Of a DNA stretch of 64,000 nt, positions 17,688-27,581 are shown in pieces. The notes beneath the pieces are model-generated. The model did not search any database. It saw nothing but the letters and a program-made list of their open reading frames with translations, and was not told where the DNA came from. Source of the stretch: an uncultured Acidimicrobiales bacterium. Its GTDB lineage: Bacteria; Actinomycetota; Acidimicrobiia; Acidimicrobiales; JANYDT01. How positions within the stretch are numbered: position 1 is the stretch's first letter; each line of letters begins with the position of its first letter. The stretch covers positions 497,262 to 561,261 of the forward strand of contig CAVXQD010000001.1 in assembly GCA_963763885.1 (NCBI GenBank), given 5' to 3'. The position numbers and the translations under genes are program-made.

Positions 17688-19400
17688 ATGGCCTTTGTTC
17701 AGTCGTTTGTTCAGTCACTGCCGACGCAGACCAATCTTGTCGACCGAATCCGTGAACGGGCTCGTGCCGATCGCGCAATCACGTTCGTCACGGCTCCCGG
17801 CGGGCCACAGCGAGTTTCTTGGGCGGAGATCCATGAAGACGCCAAGGCGATGGCAGCAGCTTTCCAGGCTCGGGGAGTAGGACCCGGCCAACAAGTAGCC
17901 ATTCTCGGACCGACCTCACGGCCCTTGGTGACAGCCATCCAAGCGACTTGGCTTGCCGGGGCCGCTGTTGTGGTGCTCCCTCTGCCGATGCGCTTGGGGA
18001 GCCTGGATCAGTTCGTCGAAGCCACTCGTCAGCGCATCAAGAACGCTCGAACTTCTCTGTTGGTTGTCGACCCCGACCTTGCAGCGTTCATCGACGCTCA
18101 GCCAGGTGACCCGCTGATGGTCTCCCTTGCAGATCTTGTTCCTGGCAAACCGTGGTATCCGGGCGCAGATGCGTGGGTGCCGCCCACAGTGGATCCGGAG
18201 TCTTTGGCCGTGCTGCAGTTCACCAGCGGGTCGACGTCGGATCCGAAAGGCGTGATGCTTCCGCACGGAACGCTGTGCAACAACCTGGATGCCATTGCCA
18301 TAGGTGCACATATCGACACAGAAACAGAGGTCTGCGTGAGCTGGCTTCCGTTGTACCACGACATGGGACTCATCGGACTGTTCACTGCCCCTATGACCCT
18401 TGGGCTGGAGCTGGTCCTCGCGGCGCCCCAGGACTTCGTCGCCGCCCCTGGTCGGTGGATGCAATGGATGAGCGACTATCGAGGAACTGCAAGCGCTGCA
18501 CCTAACTTTGCGTATGCCTTGAGTGCCCGGGCGCTGACCCGCATGCAGGGGTTGGACCTGTCTGCTTGGAAGGTTGGCCTCAACGGTGCCGAACCAGTTG
18601 ATCCCGACACGGTCGAAGCGTTTGTGAAGGCCGCCAAGCCTCATGGACTGAACCCCGGAGCAGTCTTTTGCGCGTTCGGGATGGCAGAAGCGTGTCTCGC
18701 TGTCGCGTTCCCTCCGGTCGGTCGCGGCATGCTCACCGACTGTGTGGATCTGAAGGTTTTGGAGTCCAACCGATTCGCTGCCGTCGTTGCATCGGACCAC
18801 GTGAATGCGCGTCGTTTTGCGAAGCTTGGGACCGCCGTCCACGGGCTTGAGTTACGGGTTGTGGACCCAGCAGACGGTCAGTTGATGGGTGAGCGTGAGG
18901 TTGGCGAGCTACAGATCAGCGGCACCTCGGTTACCTCTGGCTACTTCGATCGGCTCGACGCCACCGCTGCCACGTTCGACGGCGAGTGGCTGCGAACCGG
19001 CGACCTTGCCTACATGGTCGATGGCGAGCTGGTGGTATGTGGACGTATCAAAGACATGATCATCGTGGCCGGTCGAAATGTCTTCCCGGAAGACATCGAG
19101 CGAGTCGTTGGAGTCATCGGTTCCGTGCGAACCGGAAACGTCATCGCGTTCGGCGTGAATGACCATCGTCGTTCTGGCCGTGAAGCGCTGGTGGTGGTGG
19201 CGGAAACCCGTCCAGACGCCGAGCTGGTCCCACTGAGATCCGAAGTCGCCCGGATTGTGCGGGAGTCCATTGGTTTCGCCCCCGCCGACGTTGTCTTGGT
19301 CCAGGCTGGAACCCTGCCGAAGACCTCCAGCGGCAAGCTGCAGCGCAGTTTGTGCCGCAGCATGTACGAGGCCAACGATCTGTTGTTGGCAGATGCGTAA
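17688..19400 (+). CDS. AMP-dependent synthetase/ligase (fatty acyl-AMP ligase-like)
   Basis: ATG 17688. Motifs are LQFTSGSTSDPKGVMLPH (the AMP-binding motif) and WLRTGDLAY, with a C-terminal GKLQR. Confidence 0.85.
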   Translation: MAFVQSFVQSLPTQTNLVDRIRERARADRAITFVTAPGGPQRVSWAEIHEDAKAMAAAFQARGVGPGQQVAILGPTSRPLVTAIQATWLAGAAVVVLPLPMRLGSLDQFVEATRQRIKNARTSLLVVDPDLAAFIDAQPGDPLMVSLADLVPGKPWYPGADAWVPPTVDPESLAVLQFTSGSTSDPKGVMLPHGTLCNNLDAIAIGAHIDTETEVCVSWLPLYHDMGLIGLFTAPMTLGLELVLAAPQDFVAAPGRWMQWMSDYRGTASAAPNFAYALSARALTRMQGLDLSAWKVGLNGAEPVDPDTVEAFVKAAKPHGLNPGAVFCAFGMAEACLAVAFPPVGRGMLTDCVDLKVLESNRFAAVVASDHVNARRFAKLGTAVHGLELRVVDPADGQLMGEREVGELQISGTSVTSGYFDRLDATAATFDGEWLRTGDLAYMVDGELVVCGRIKDMIIVAGRNVFPEDIERVVGVIGSVRTGNVIAFGVNDHRRSGREALVVVAETRPDAELVPLRSEVARIVRESIGFAPADVVLVQAGTLPKTSSGKLQRSLCRSMYEANDLLLADA

Positions 19401-19459
19401 GGGCAAGTAGCGCTTCGGAGAACCCCCTGGCTGCCGGTATCCTCTCGTGCGAGGTTCCT

Positions 19460-20122
19460 ATGTCCGTGCTGATCTGCCCATCCATTCTTTCTGCGGACTT
19501 TGCTTCGCTCGGGTCCGAACTGGACCGGGTGGCAGCGCAAGCTGATTGGGTCCATGTTGACGTGATGGACGGACACTTTGTGCCCAACCTCACCATTGGG
19601 CCACCCGTCGTGAAATCGTTGCGTCGCCACACCGACGCGGTGTTGGACTGCCACCTGATGATCACGGACCCAGAGCAGTATCTGCCAGCGTTTGCGTCTG
19701 CAGGTGCCACAAGCTGTTCTATCCACGTGGAACTGGATCGCACAGGGTCATTGATCGCCCAGATGCGAGACCTCGGCATTGGCGCTGGGATCGTTGCCAA
19801 CCCAGACACGCCGTTCGAAGCGCTGGCCCCGTTCCTTGGTTTGGTGGACATCGTGCTGATCATGTCGGTGTTCCCTGGGTTTGGCGGGCAGAAGTTCATG
19901 CCAGAAGTGCTCCCCAAAATGCGTCAGGTTGCCGACGAGCTGCAGTTGCTTGGATCCACTGCGGTCGTGCAGGTAGATGGCGGCATCGACACCAAGACCG
20001 TTGGTTTGTGTGCTGCTGCTGGCGCCACAGCGTTCGTTGCTGGCAACGCGATCTTCGCTCAACCGGACCCCCTTGCGGCTGCTGCCGCCATCCGTGCCGC
20101 GGCAATGGTGGCCATCGCGTGA
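19460..20122 (+). CDS. rpe: ribulose-phosphate 3-epimerase
   Basis: ATG 19460 gives MSVLICPSILSADFASLG..., followed by HVDVMDGHFVPN and VDGG. Confidence 0.93.
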   Translation: MSVLICPSILSADFASLGSELDRVAAQADWVHVDVMDGHFVPNLTIGPPVVKSLRRHTDAVLDCHLMITDPEQYLPAFASAGATSCSIHVELDRTGSLIAQMRDLGIGAGIVANPDTPFEALAPFLGLVDIVLIMSVFPGFGGQKFMPEVLPKMRQVADELQLLGSTAVVQVDGGIDTKTVGLCAAAGATAFVAGNAIFAQPDPLAAAAAIRAAAMVAIA

Positions 20123-20595
20123 GCGTCGGCAAAGCAAAGGTTGTCACGGTCTCTGATGGCGTATTTCACGGCGTCCGCGAAGACCGCAGCGGGGCTGCGC
20201 TTATCCAGTCACTCACCGTCGCGGGTTGGGAAGTTACCGATCACCGAATCGTTGCAGACGGCGTGGATTCCGTGTCGCAGGTTCTGTTGGAGTGTTGCGA
20301 CGGCTTCGCTGGCGTGGTGGTGACAACTGGTGGAACGGGATTCGGTCCTCGTGACCTCACTCCTGAAGGAACCAGTGCCGTGCTTCATCGCAACGCACCC
20401 GGCCTGGCCGAGGCCATGAGGCTGGTCAACGCTCCGATGGGACGGCTCAGCCGTGGCGTTGCTGGGACACGAGATCAGGCGCTCATCCTCAACACTCCGG
20501 GTTCGCCGAAGGGTTGTGTGGAGTGTCTGGGTGCCGTCATCGATGTCTTACCTCACGCGTTGTCGCTCATGACGGGCGAGACGACCATTCACTAG
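20119..20595 (+). CDS. MogA/MoaB family molybdenum cofactor biosynthesis protein
   Basis: GTG 20119 overlaps the rpe stop as GTGA. Motifs are VVTVSDG, VVTTGGTGFGPRDLTPE and LNTPGSP. Confidence 0.85.
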   Translation: MSVGKAKVVTVSDGVFHGVREDRSGAALIQSLTVAGWEVTDHRIVADGVDSVSQVLLECCDGFAGVVVTTGGTGFGPRDLTPEGTSAVLHRNAPGLAEAMRLVNAPMGRLSRGVAGTRDQALILNTPGSPKGCVECLGAVIDVLPHALSLMTGETTIH

Positions 20596-20622
20596 CGATA
20601 GACGAGCGGGTTTCTGGTGGGG

Positions 20623-22527
20623 CTACCAGGTGTCAATCATCGGGCGGCGAGACTCGCCGCGCCGATACATGCTGGGCGGCGCTGAATCGAAGGCTGCCGA
20701 AATCCACCGGCGCGTGTCTGCCGGGTCGATGACGTCGTCAATTTCGAAGGCTGCGCTGGCGTTGATTGCCGAGCCGTGATCGTACATTTTGCGCACCAGT
20801 TCTTGGTACCGGGCGTCGCGTTTGGCAGGGTCTTCAATTGCTTCGAGTTCCTTGCGGTAACCCAGGCGGACGGCGCCCTCGAGACCCATCCCGCCGAACT
20901 CACCGGTTGGCCACGCCACGGTGAACAGGGGAGCACGGAACCCGCCACCCGCCATCGCCATCGCGCCTAACCCGTAGCCCTTGCGCAGGACCACTGTCAC
21001 CGTTGGCACGGTGAGCGACGCAGCGGTCACAAACAGGCGACCAGCATGGCGAACCTGAGCACGTGTCTCTACTTCAGGGCCAACCATGAACCCGGGCGTG
21101 TCGCACAAGAAGACCATTGGTAGACCAAAGGCGTCGCACAGCTGCATGAACCTGCTGGTCTTGTCTGCTGCGTCTGGGTCCAGCGCACCGCCTAGATGGT
21201 TTGGGTTGTTGGCTACCACGCCGACGGGTCGACCATCGAGACGCGCGAGGGCAGTCACAACACCGATGCCGAATCGGCGTCGCAGTTCCAGCACCGAGTC
21301 AGTGTCGAACAGCAGGTCTATTGCGTTGCGAACTTCATAAGCTCGCAGACGGTTTTCAGGAATTACATGGCGTAGCAACCGCTGATCTGGGAACCGTGCC
21401 GAGCTTCGCTCTGTTCGGCCCTGAAAGTAGGACAGGTACTTCTTGGCCAACGCTGTTGCGTGCGCTTCGTCGTCTGCCTCGATGTCGATCACGCCGTTGA
21501 TGCATTGCACGTCGAACGGACCAACTTCAGTGGGCGCGTGAACTCCAAGGCCGCCACCCTCGATCATCGCTGGGCCGCCCATTCCAATGTTGGAGTTTCG
21601 TGTCGCAATGACAACGTCGCAGCAACCCAACAACGCTGCATTGCCGGCGAAGCAAAACCCTGAGGTGACCCCAACGAGCGGCACACTTCCGGAGAGCTCC
21701 GCGAAAAGGCGAAACGCTGGGCCGTCCAATCCTGCGATGCCAATGCCATCGGTGTCGCCTGGTCGTCCGCCTCCACCTTCAGCGAACAACACGACGGGCA
21801 GAGCCAGGTCTGCGGCAAGCGTGAAGAGCCGGTCCTTCTTCCGATGGTTCTGCAGTCCTTGTGTGCCTGCGAGCACGGTGTAGTCGTATGTCATCACGAC
21901 GCAGCGAGAGTCTTCCGGGCCGAACGTCTCCGCGTTTACCGTTGCGATGCCAGCGACCATGCCGTCGCCGGGAGTGCGCTCGATGAGTTCCGCCACACTC
22001 CTGCGCGCCTTTTGAGCAGCGAACACCAGAGGCGCATATTCAATGAGCGAACCCGGGTCGATCAGGTCGTCGATGTTTTCTCGCGCAGTGCGCTGCGCGG
22101 TGTCACGGCGCCGCTTCACCATGTCGGGTCGAACATGGTCGTACCCGAAGCGGTGTCGGTCCAGCACCGCCTGGAGGTCCGGCCGAATGTAGTCAGGATC
22201 AATACCGGTGGCTTCAGCTTCGGCATCTGCTGCTTGATCGGCGTTGGGAGCCAAGCTGAGCAGTTGAGCGCCTTCGAGAACCGTTTCACCGACGGCCACC
22301 AAGTGGACAGACACCACGCCGGCAGCGGAGCTGAGAATCTCGTGCTCCATCTTCATGCTTTCGATGACTGCTGCAACGCCGCCTGCACGGAGTCCGGCCC
22401 CTATCTCGGCGATCCAAACGACGGTCCCCAGAAGCGGGGCAGTTACTTCGACGACTTCGGCGGAACTCATGAGACCCGACACTACGAGAGTCGCTCTGGT
22501 CGGTCCCATCCGCACTTGAAAGGGCAA
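20623..22527 (-). CDS. acyl-CoA carboxylase carboxyltransferase fused to an N-terminal biotinyl-carrier domain
   Basis: The N-terminus has VAAVIESMKMEHEI (a biotinylation-type MKM motif). The remaining roughly 520 aa are PccB/AccD-like (GGGGRPGDTD, ALDPDAADKTSRFMQLCDAFGLPMVFLCDTPGF). The start may be 22470. Confidence 0.85.
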   Translation of the reverse strand: MPFQVRMGPTRATLVVSGLMSSAEVVEVTAPLLGTVVWIAEIGAGLRAGGVAAVIESMKMEHEILSSAAGVVSVHLVAVGETVLEGAQLLSLAPNADQAADAEAEATGIDPDYIRPDLQAVLDRHRFGYDHVRPDMVKRRRDTAQRTARENIDDLIDPGSLIEYAPLVFAAQKARRSVAELIERTPGDGMVAGIATVNAETFGPEDSRCVVMTYDYTVLAGTQGLQNHRKKDRLFTLAADLALPVVLFAEGGGGRPGDTDGIGIAGLDGPAFRLFAELSGSVPLVGVTSGFCFAGNAALLGCCDVVIATRNSNIGMGGPAMIEGGGLGVHAPTEVGPFDVQCINGVIDIEADDEAHATALAKKYLSYFQGRTERSSARFPDQRLLRHVIPENRLRAYEVRNAIDLLFDTDSVLELRRRFGIGVVTALARLDGRPVGVVANNPNHLGGALDPDAADKTSRFMQLCDAFGLPMVFLCDTPGFMVGPEVETRAQVRHAGRLFVTAASLTVPTVTVVLRKGYGLGAMAMAGGGFRAPLFTVAWPTGEFGGMGLEGAVRLGYRKELEAIEDPAKRDARYQELVRKMYDHGSAINASAAFEIDDVIDPADTRRWISAAFDSAPPSMYRRGESRRPMIDTW

Positions 22528-22590
22528 TCAGCAAGCAGAATTGGTCACTCGTGGTTGTCGGGCGCGCGCTCACCGCTAGTGTCTCGGACG

Positions 22591-23283
22591 ATGTCTGCAG
22601 TCGACGATGCACCGGAGCGACTCGCCTCGCACCTCTCAACCTGGCTCGGATCTTGGCCACCTCGGTCCGATGGAATCTCCGTAGTTGGCCATGCAGAGCG
22701 GCTCCTTCCCGGCTGGGACCGACACGTGCATCGGTACATCGGAGTTTGCACTCCCACGGCTGCAATCCTTTCTGTCCCACCTGATCAGGCTGCAGCCATT
22801 GGCGCAATCACGCGAACCGGTTCATTGGCCGGAGACATCGCAGCGTTGCGCGAACACCTCGGTGAGCTCATCGGCACAACCGTCGGCGTTGTGCGCGGCC
22901 CGTTTCGATGGTCGTCAGATCCGTCGGACACTCCCGACACGGGGGAGTGGATTTCCACCAAGGACCCACGCGTACCGGAGTGGTTGCTCCCCTTCAACGG
23001 CGACGTGCTGATTGCCTGGGACGACGACGGGAACTACGGCGCTGGTGTTGGCCGCAAGCAGCACGACACCGACGGGCACGAACTGTCGGTCGGTACCGAG
23101 GCAGCATTGCGCGGCCGTGGCATAGCGCGGCTCCTGGTTGCAACGGCAGCGCGTCGAGTGCTCGACGATGGTGCGGTGCCCACCTACCTCCACGCCCCAG
23201 ACAACCACGCCAGCGCCAAAGTCGCAGAAGCCGCCGGCTTCCCAGACCGAGGCTGGACATTCCTCGGAATCCATACCGACTAA
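22591..23283 (+). CDS. GNAT family N-acetyltransferase (probable)
   Basis: ATG 22591. The C-terminal block ALRGRGIARLLVATAARRVLDDGAVPTYLHAPDNHASAKVAEAAGF is a GNAT motif A-like segment. The first 750 nt of the track ORF are antisense to the carboxylase gene. Confidence 0.6.
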   Translation: MSAVDDAPERLASHLSTWLGSWPPRSDGISVVGHAERLLPGWDRHVHRYIGVCTPTAAILSVPPDQAAAIGAITRTGSLAGDIAALREHLGELIGTTVGVVRGPFRWSSDPSDTPDTGEWISTKDPRVPEWLLPFNGDVLIAWDDDGNYGAGVGRKQHDTDGHELSVGTEAALRGRGIARLLVATAARRVLDDGAVPTYLHAPDNHASAKVAEAAGFPDRGWTFLGIHTD

Positions 23284-23289
23284 CCCTCT

Positions 23290-23339
23290 GTTGAGGTGTC
23301 ACTTATCGCGCGTCTAGGGCGAAAAAGTGACACCTCAAC
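23290..23339. terminator. perfect 15-bp inverted repeat hairpin between convergent genes
   Basis: gttgaggtgtcactt (23290-23304), a 20-nt loop, then aagtgacacctcaac (23325-23339). It lies exactly between the GNAT stop (23283) and the CoA-transferase stop (23343). Confidence 0.5.
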
Positions 23340-23342
23340 TCA

Positions 23343-24506
23343 TCAGACACCGGACTCGGGCGGCACTTGGAGCAGCACACCCTGCGACACGAGCGCCTCG
23401 ATTTCTGCCTTGCTGAGCCCCAGCCAATCCTCTAACACGTTGGCGTTGTGCTCGCCGAGGTGTGGGCTTCGGCCGCGGACCGTGGATTCTGCATACGCGT
23501 ACCGATATGGCATCTGCACAACCTTGCGCGTGCTGCCGGGTGCGTCTTCCACCACGCCGATGGACTTGCGATGCACCGCAGTAGGGGACTCCGCTGCTTC
23601 CACCGGAAGCTTCATGGCGCCCCACGCTATGCGGACCTGATCCAGCACCGTGGTGAGAGCCAGGCGGTCGGGGAGTGTGAGGGCCCATTCGCGAAGTGCA
23701 ACTTTGCGGGAGTCGATCTTGCTTTGCACCGAGTCGTCGGCAGCGCTTGGATCGCCAAGACCTGTGTGGGCAGAAATCGTGCGAAACACATGGTTGACCG
23801 GGCCAGACACCACCGTCCAAGAACCGTCGGCAGTTTGGTAGTACTCGCCGCCCAGCTTTGGGGGCGTTACAGCGTCGAGTGCGAAATTGAAGAAGTCGTC
23901 GGTGGCGATCATCGAGTCGATCATGGCGATGTCGATATGGTCGCCCTGGCCCGTGGTGCGTGCGTGCATCAGCGCGGCGAGCGTGGCGATGCAACCGTGG
24001 AGACCGGCGTTGTAGTCAGCCACCGAGGTGATGAGGTCTGTTGGGCGACGATCATCTTCCTCAGCCAATCGGCGGATGAGTCCGGCTTCCGCCTGAATCA
24101 CCGACGCATACGCGGGCCGATGCGACTCGGGCCCGGTCTGTCCAAAGCCGGTGATGGAGAGCATGACCAGGCGTGGGTTGAGCTGGTGCAAGACGGACCA
24201 ACCGATGCCCATCCGATCCATCACCCCTCCCCTGAAGTTCTCAATCACCACATCAGCGTGGGTGGCTAACTGCTTCACCAGTTCCACGGAACCTTCCGCG
24301 CCGAGGTTGACGCAGATCCCGCGTTTCCCTGCGTTCTGCTGCAAGAAGAAGCCGGGGACTCCGTTGGTACGGGCTCCCCACACCCGGGTGATGTCGCCTT
24401 CCGGAGGCTCCAGCTTGACGACGTCGGCGCCCAGGTCGGACATGATCCGACCGACCACCGGACCAGACACCACCCGGGCCAGGTCCAGCACACGAACACC
24501 AGTCAT
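23343..24506 (-). CDS. family III CoA-transferase (CaiB/BaiF)
   Basis: ATG 24506 gives MTGVRVLDLARVVSGPVVGRIMSDLGADVVKLEPPEGD, the typical family III N-terminus. Confidence 0.85.
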   Translation of the reverse strand: MTGVRVLDLARVVSGPVVGRIMSDLGADVVKLEPPEGDITRVWGARTNGVPGFFLQQNAGKRGICVNLGAEGSVELVKQLATHADVVIENFRGGVMDRMGIGWSVLHQLNPRLVMLSITGFGQTGPESHRPAYASVIQAEAGLIRRLAEEDDRRPTDLITSVADYNAGLHGCIATLAALMHARTTGQGDHIDIAMIDSMIATDDFFNFALDAVTPPKLGGEYYQTADGSWTVVSGPVNHVFRTISAHTGLGDPSAADDSVQSKIDSRKVALREWALTLPDRLALTTVLDQVRIAWGAMKLPVEAAESPTAVHRKSIGVVEDAPGSTRKVVQMPYRYAYAESTVRGRSPHLGEHNANVLEDWLGLSKAEIEALVSQGVLLQVPPESGV

Positions 24507-24639
24507 CGGGCCAGTTCGTCGCATGCGATTCGGTTTACCACGCGAGGTCCAACGCATCCACGTCCGGGCGGACCTTGGGTCGGAGGGCCGCGCCACCGAG
24601 GTGACTGGCTCTACCCGTTTGCTCGGTAAGACTGAGGCC

Positions 24640-25557
24640 ATGTGGCTGCCGTGGAAGTGGGGGGTGGTCGTCGCTGTCGGAGCGTGGTTGGTCAGTGGCG
24701 TCTTAGCCAGGCTCCTCAACACGGAGACCCTTTCTCCACATGAACGCGCCCGATTAGCGATCATCCGGGCAGTCTTGGCCGAGACGGCCATCATCATGGG
24801 CTTGTACAGCCTGTGGCAGGTAGCGGGCTCGTTGTCCGTCATGGGAGTCGACGACGCCATCGAACGAGCCGAGTGGATCGTGAAGGCGCAGCGATATCTT
24901 CCGTTGCCGACCGAACTGGAGATTCAACGCCTCGTTCTGCCGCACCCGTGGATGGTGAAAGCGGCAAACGGCTACTACGCGGTTGCTCATGTCCCGGCAT
25001 TGGTAGCTACGTTGATCTGGGGATTTCTCCAACACCGTCACCGCTACAACACGCTGCGCAACGCTGTCGCACTGACCACCCTGTTCTGCTTGGTGATTCA
25101 GCTTGTTCCCGTTGCTCCTCCACGCATGCTCGACACCATGGGTTTCGTGGACGCTGCAGCGTTGTACAACCAGTCCGTCTACTCGGCTTTAGGACGGGGG
25201 ATGGCGGGCCAACTTGCTGCGATGCCGTCGGTGCACATTGCTTGGGCGGTGATTGTTCCGTGGTTTGCGCTCACCGTGTCAACAACCCGGGTAGCCAAGG
25301 TCGTATGCGTCGCCCATAGTGTCGCCACCTGGTTCGTGGTGGTGGCCACCGCCAACCACTTTTGGCTGGATGGGATTGTTGCAGCGGCGTTGTTCGGCGT
25401 ATCGCTGGCAATCCTTGCGGCCGTTCAACGACTCAGGACAGACGTGCGGAAAGTGACAGGGATGACCATTCCTGGGCGTCTGATGGGACTGGGAAATCGC
25501 TCGGATGACGCCACAGCGTGGCAAGCATCATCGGGCCACTCGCCCACAGAAAGCTGA
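24640..25557 (+). CDS. PAP2-superfamily integral membrane protein (PAP2_3 / IPC-synthase-like)
   Basis: ATG 24640. The protein has multiple TM helices, with AMPSVHIAWAV and ANHFWLDG motifs characteristic of this PAP2 branch. Confidence 0.65.
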   Translation: MWLPWKWGVVVAVGAWLVSGVLARLLNTETLSPHERARLAIIRAVLAETAIIMGLYSLWQVAGSLSVMGVDDAIERAEWIVKAQRYLPLPTELEIQRLVLPHPWMVKAANGYYAVAHVPALVATLIWGFLQHRHRYNTLRNAVALTTLFCLVIQLVPVAPPRMLDTMGFVDAAALYNQSVYSALGRGMAGQLAAMPSVHIAWAVIVPWFALTVSTTRVAKVVCVAHSVATWFVVVATANHFWLDGIVAAALFGVSLAILAAVQRLRTDVRKVTGMTIPGRLMGLGNRSDDATAWQASSGHSPTES

Positions 25558-26260
25558 TTGCCCACACGGCCAGGCGGAACCACCCCACAGGACGGTACCA
25601 GCGGCCGTCTCGCACAAGTACGAGCGTCGCACCGACCACTGCCCCTAACCCGAGTACGAAGCATGCCAGCAACAGGCCGAGAATCTGCGTCAACGCTCCG
25701 CCGCCGGTGGCTCGATGAACATCGTGAGCGATGCTGCGGTGGCCGATCTCTTCGCCGAGATGCCAGAGGAACAAGCGTTCAGCTTCGGGTTGAGCGCCGC
25801 GGAACAGCAGTTCCTGTCTCGGCGCCAACCACATGGCGACGCTGATTCCGAGGAGCTCAAAACCAGCAGCGAATCCGGTCCCCACTTTTGCCGAGCAGCG
25901 GTCGAGAACCTTGATCATGAAGCGATTCAACGTGTCAACCGCAGACAATCTGCGGTAGCGCTTGGTCACATGCGTATTGAACCGCCGGTGCTCCACATGA
26001 TGGGTCGCCTCTTCCGTGATGAAACGCGCCACGTCTGCCGCAAGGGGTGCATCGTGGATTGAGGGGGCAACACGTCGCACCGCGCGAATGACGAACGGTT
26101 CCACATGCGGCATGGCGATGGACACCGAGTTGGCCACTGCCGCCAACTCTGGAAACCGCGGCGTCCATCTGGGGTCGAAATCCGGTTCGAAGGTGAACCT
26201 ACGACTCATGTTCCGTGCATCGGCATTCTTTTCCTCTGTCTGGAGCAACCCATCAAACAT
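25433..26260 (-). CDS. predicted metal-dependent hydrolase family protein (PF10118-like)
   Basis: FITEEATHHVEHRRFN and WHLGEEIGHRSIAHDV are His-rich motifs. The C-terminus is hydrophobic. The start is uncertain (26260 or 26209). Confidence 0.55.
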   Translation of the reverse strand: MFDGLLQTEEKNADARNMSRRFTFEPDFDPRWTPRFPELAAVANSVSIAMPHVEPFVIRAVRRVAPSIHDAPLAADVARFITEEATHHVEHRRFNTHVTKRYRRLSAVDTLNRFMIKVLDRCSAKVGTGFAAGFELLGISVAMWLAPRQELLFRGAQPEAERLFLWHLGEEIGHRSIAHDVHRATGGGALTQILGLLLACFVLGLGAVVGATLVLVRDGRWYRPVGWFRLAVWAISFLWASGPMMLATLWRHPSDFPVPSDAQEWSSLSLSARLS

Positions 26261-26592
26261 CTGCGCATTCGTGCAAGGCTGATGGGGTGACCGTCTTCGG
26301 CAAGATCTCGACACCCATCCAGGCCGTCCGGTGAAGGCCCCGACACTAGGGCGACGAACCAAGTGGACCGCCATAGCGCTGGCCTCGTGGCCGTTACTGG
26401 TGGGAGCGCTTTTTCTGACATCGACGCAACCCGAGGATGGACAGCGTTGGGCCGACGCAAACTCGGGCCGAGGATCCCTGTTGGCTGCCACCGGCATGCT
26501 GTGGATGACGGGGGTACTTTTAACCGGCATCTGGAAATTGGTGTTCTCTGTCATTGTCCCTACGCTCGAACGGGCGCGGGCAAGCAGGTCCC

Positions 26593-27567
26593 ATGCTCAG
26601 TAGCGCAACCCAAGATTTGTGCGACGCTCTGCTCCACCTCCCACCGGGTCTCGGTACTACTTACGCGGTCGTGGTCGAGGTTGGCGGTTCGGTCGTATAC
26701 GAGGGGTACAACGGGTCGCTGCCACTGTCGCAGACCACGGTCCAACGCAACGTGCCGCTGCTGTCATGGTCCATGGCAAAGAGCGTGGTCCACCTTCTCG
26801 CAGGGCTGGCACACGACGATGGGCTTGTGGACCTCGATGGCCCAGCGCAGATCGAAGAGTGGCAGAACGACGAGCGCTCCGGCATCACCGTTCGGCATCT
26901 TCTGCAAATGACCTCTGGACTCAAGTGGAACGAGGCCTATCAAGCCAACGACGCCACAAGCGATGTGGTGGAGATGTTGTTCCGAGACGGCCGCCACGAC
27001 GTGGGTGCCTATGCGGCGGCGTCACCGCTGATCGGTGAGCCCGGCAGCACGTGGGTCTATTCGAGCGGCAGCACCAACATCGTCTGCCGCATCCTTCGTG
27101 ATGTGCTCGGGGGCGCCGGCACAGACACCATTTCGTATTTGAACGAACGACTATTGGTTCCGGCCGGAATCACCCCAGTAACCAATGCGCAGTGTCGTCT
27201 GGATTCCACGGGCACTTGGGTGGGATCAACGTTTCTGTATCTGCCTGCTCTGGACTGGGCACGGTTAGGCCGGATGATGCTGAACAACGGAAACGTAGGT
27301 GACCGCCAGGTTGTCGGGCACCGGTGGATTACCGAAGCACGGTCGGAAGGGGCACGCACCGGCGAGCAGTACCGGTACTCCAACCATTGGTGGCTATGGC
27401 CGGAACACAGCGCGAAGCCCGACGCGTTTGCCGCGCTTGGGTACGAAGGTCAGCATCTCGTGATGGTCCCATCGACAGACGCTGTCGTCGTGCGGCTCGG
27501 TGCGACTCCGGACGAGTTGAAACCCTGGGTGAGGGCGTTTATCCACCGGATCATCGAGACGCTGTAA
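26593..27567 (+). CDS. serine hydrolase (beta-lactamase / transpeptidase-like family)
   Basis: The SxxK motif is LLSWSMAKSV, and LLQMTSGL and YSSGSTN are also present. The start is probably ATG 26593. Confidence 0.8.
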   Translation: MLSSATQDLCDALLHLPPGLGTTYAVVVEVGGSVVYEGYNGSLPLSQTTVQRNVPLLSWSMAKSVVHLLAGLAHDDGLVDLDGPAQIEEWQNDERSGITVRHLLQMTSGLKWNEAYQANDATSDVVEMLFRDGRHDVGAYAAASPLIGEPGSTWVYSSGSTNIVCRILRDVLGGAGTDTISYLNERLLVPAGITPVTNAQCRLDSTGTWVGSTFLYLPALDWARLGRMMLNNGNVGDRQVVGHRWITEARSEGARTGEQYRYSNHWWLWPEHSAKPDAFAALGYEGQHLVMVPSTDAVVVRLGATPDELKPWVRAFIHRIIETL

Positions 27568-27581
27568 GCGGCGACCTCGGG

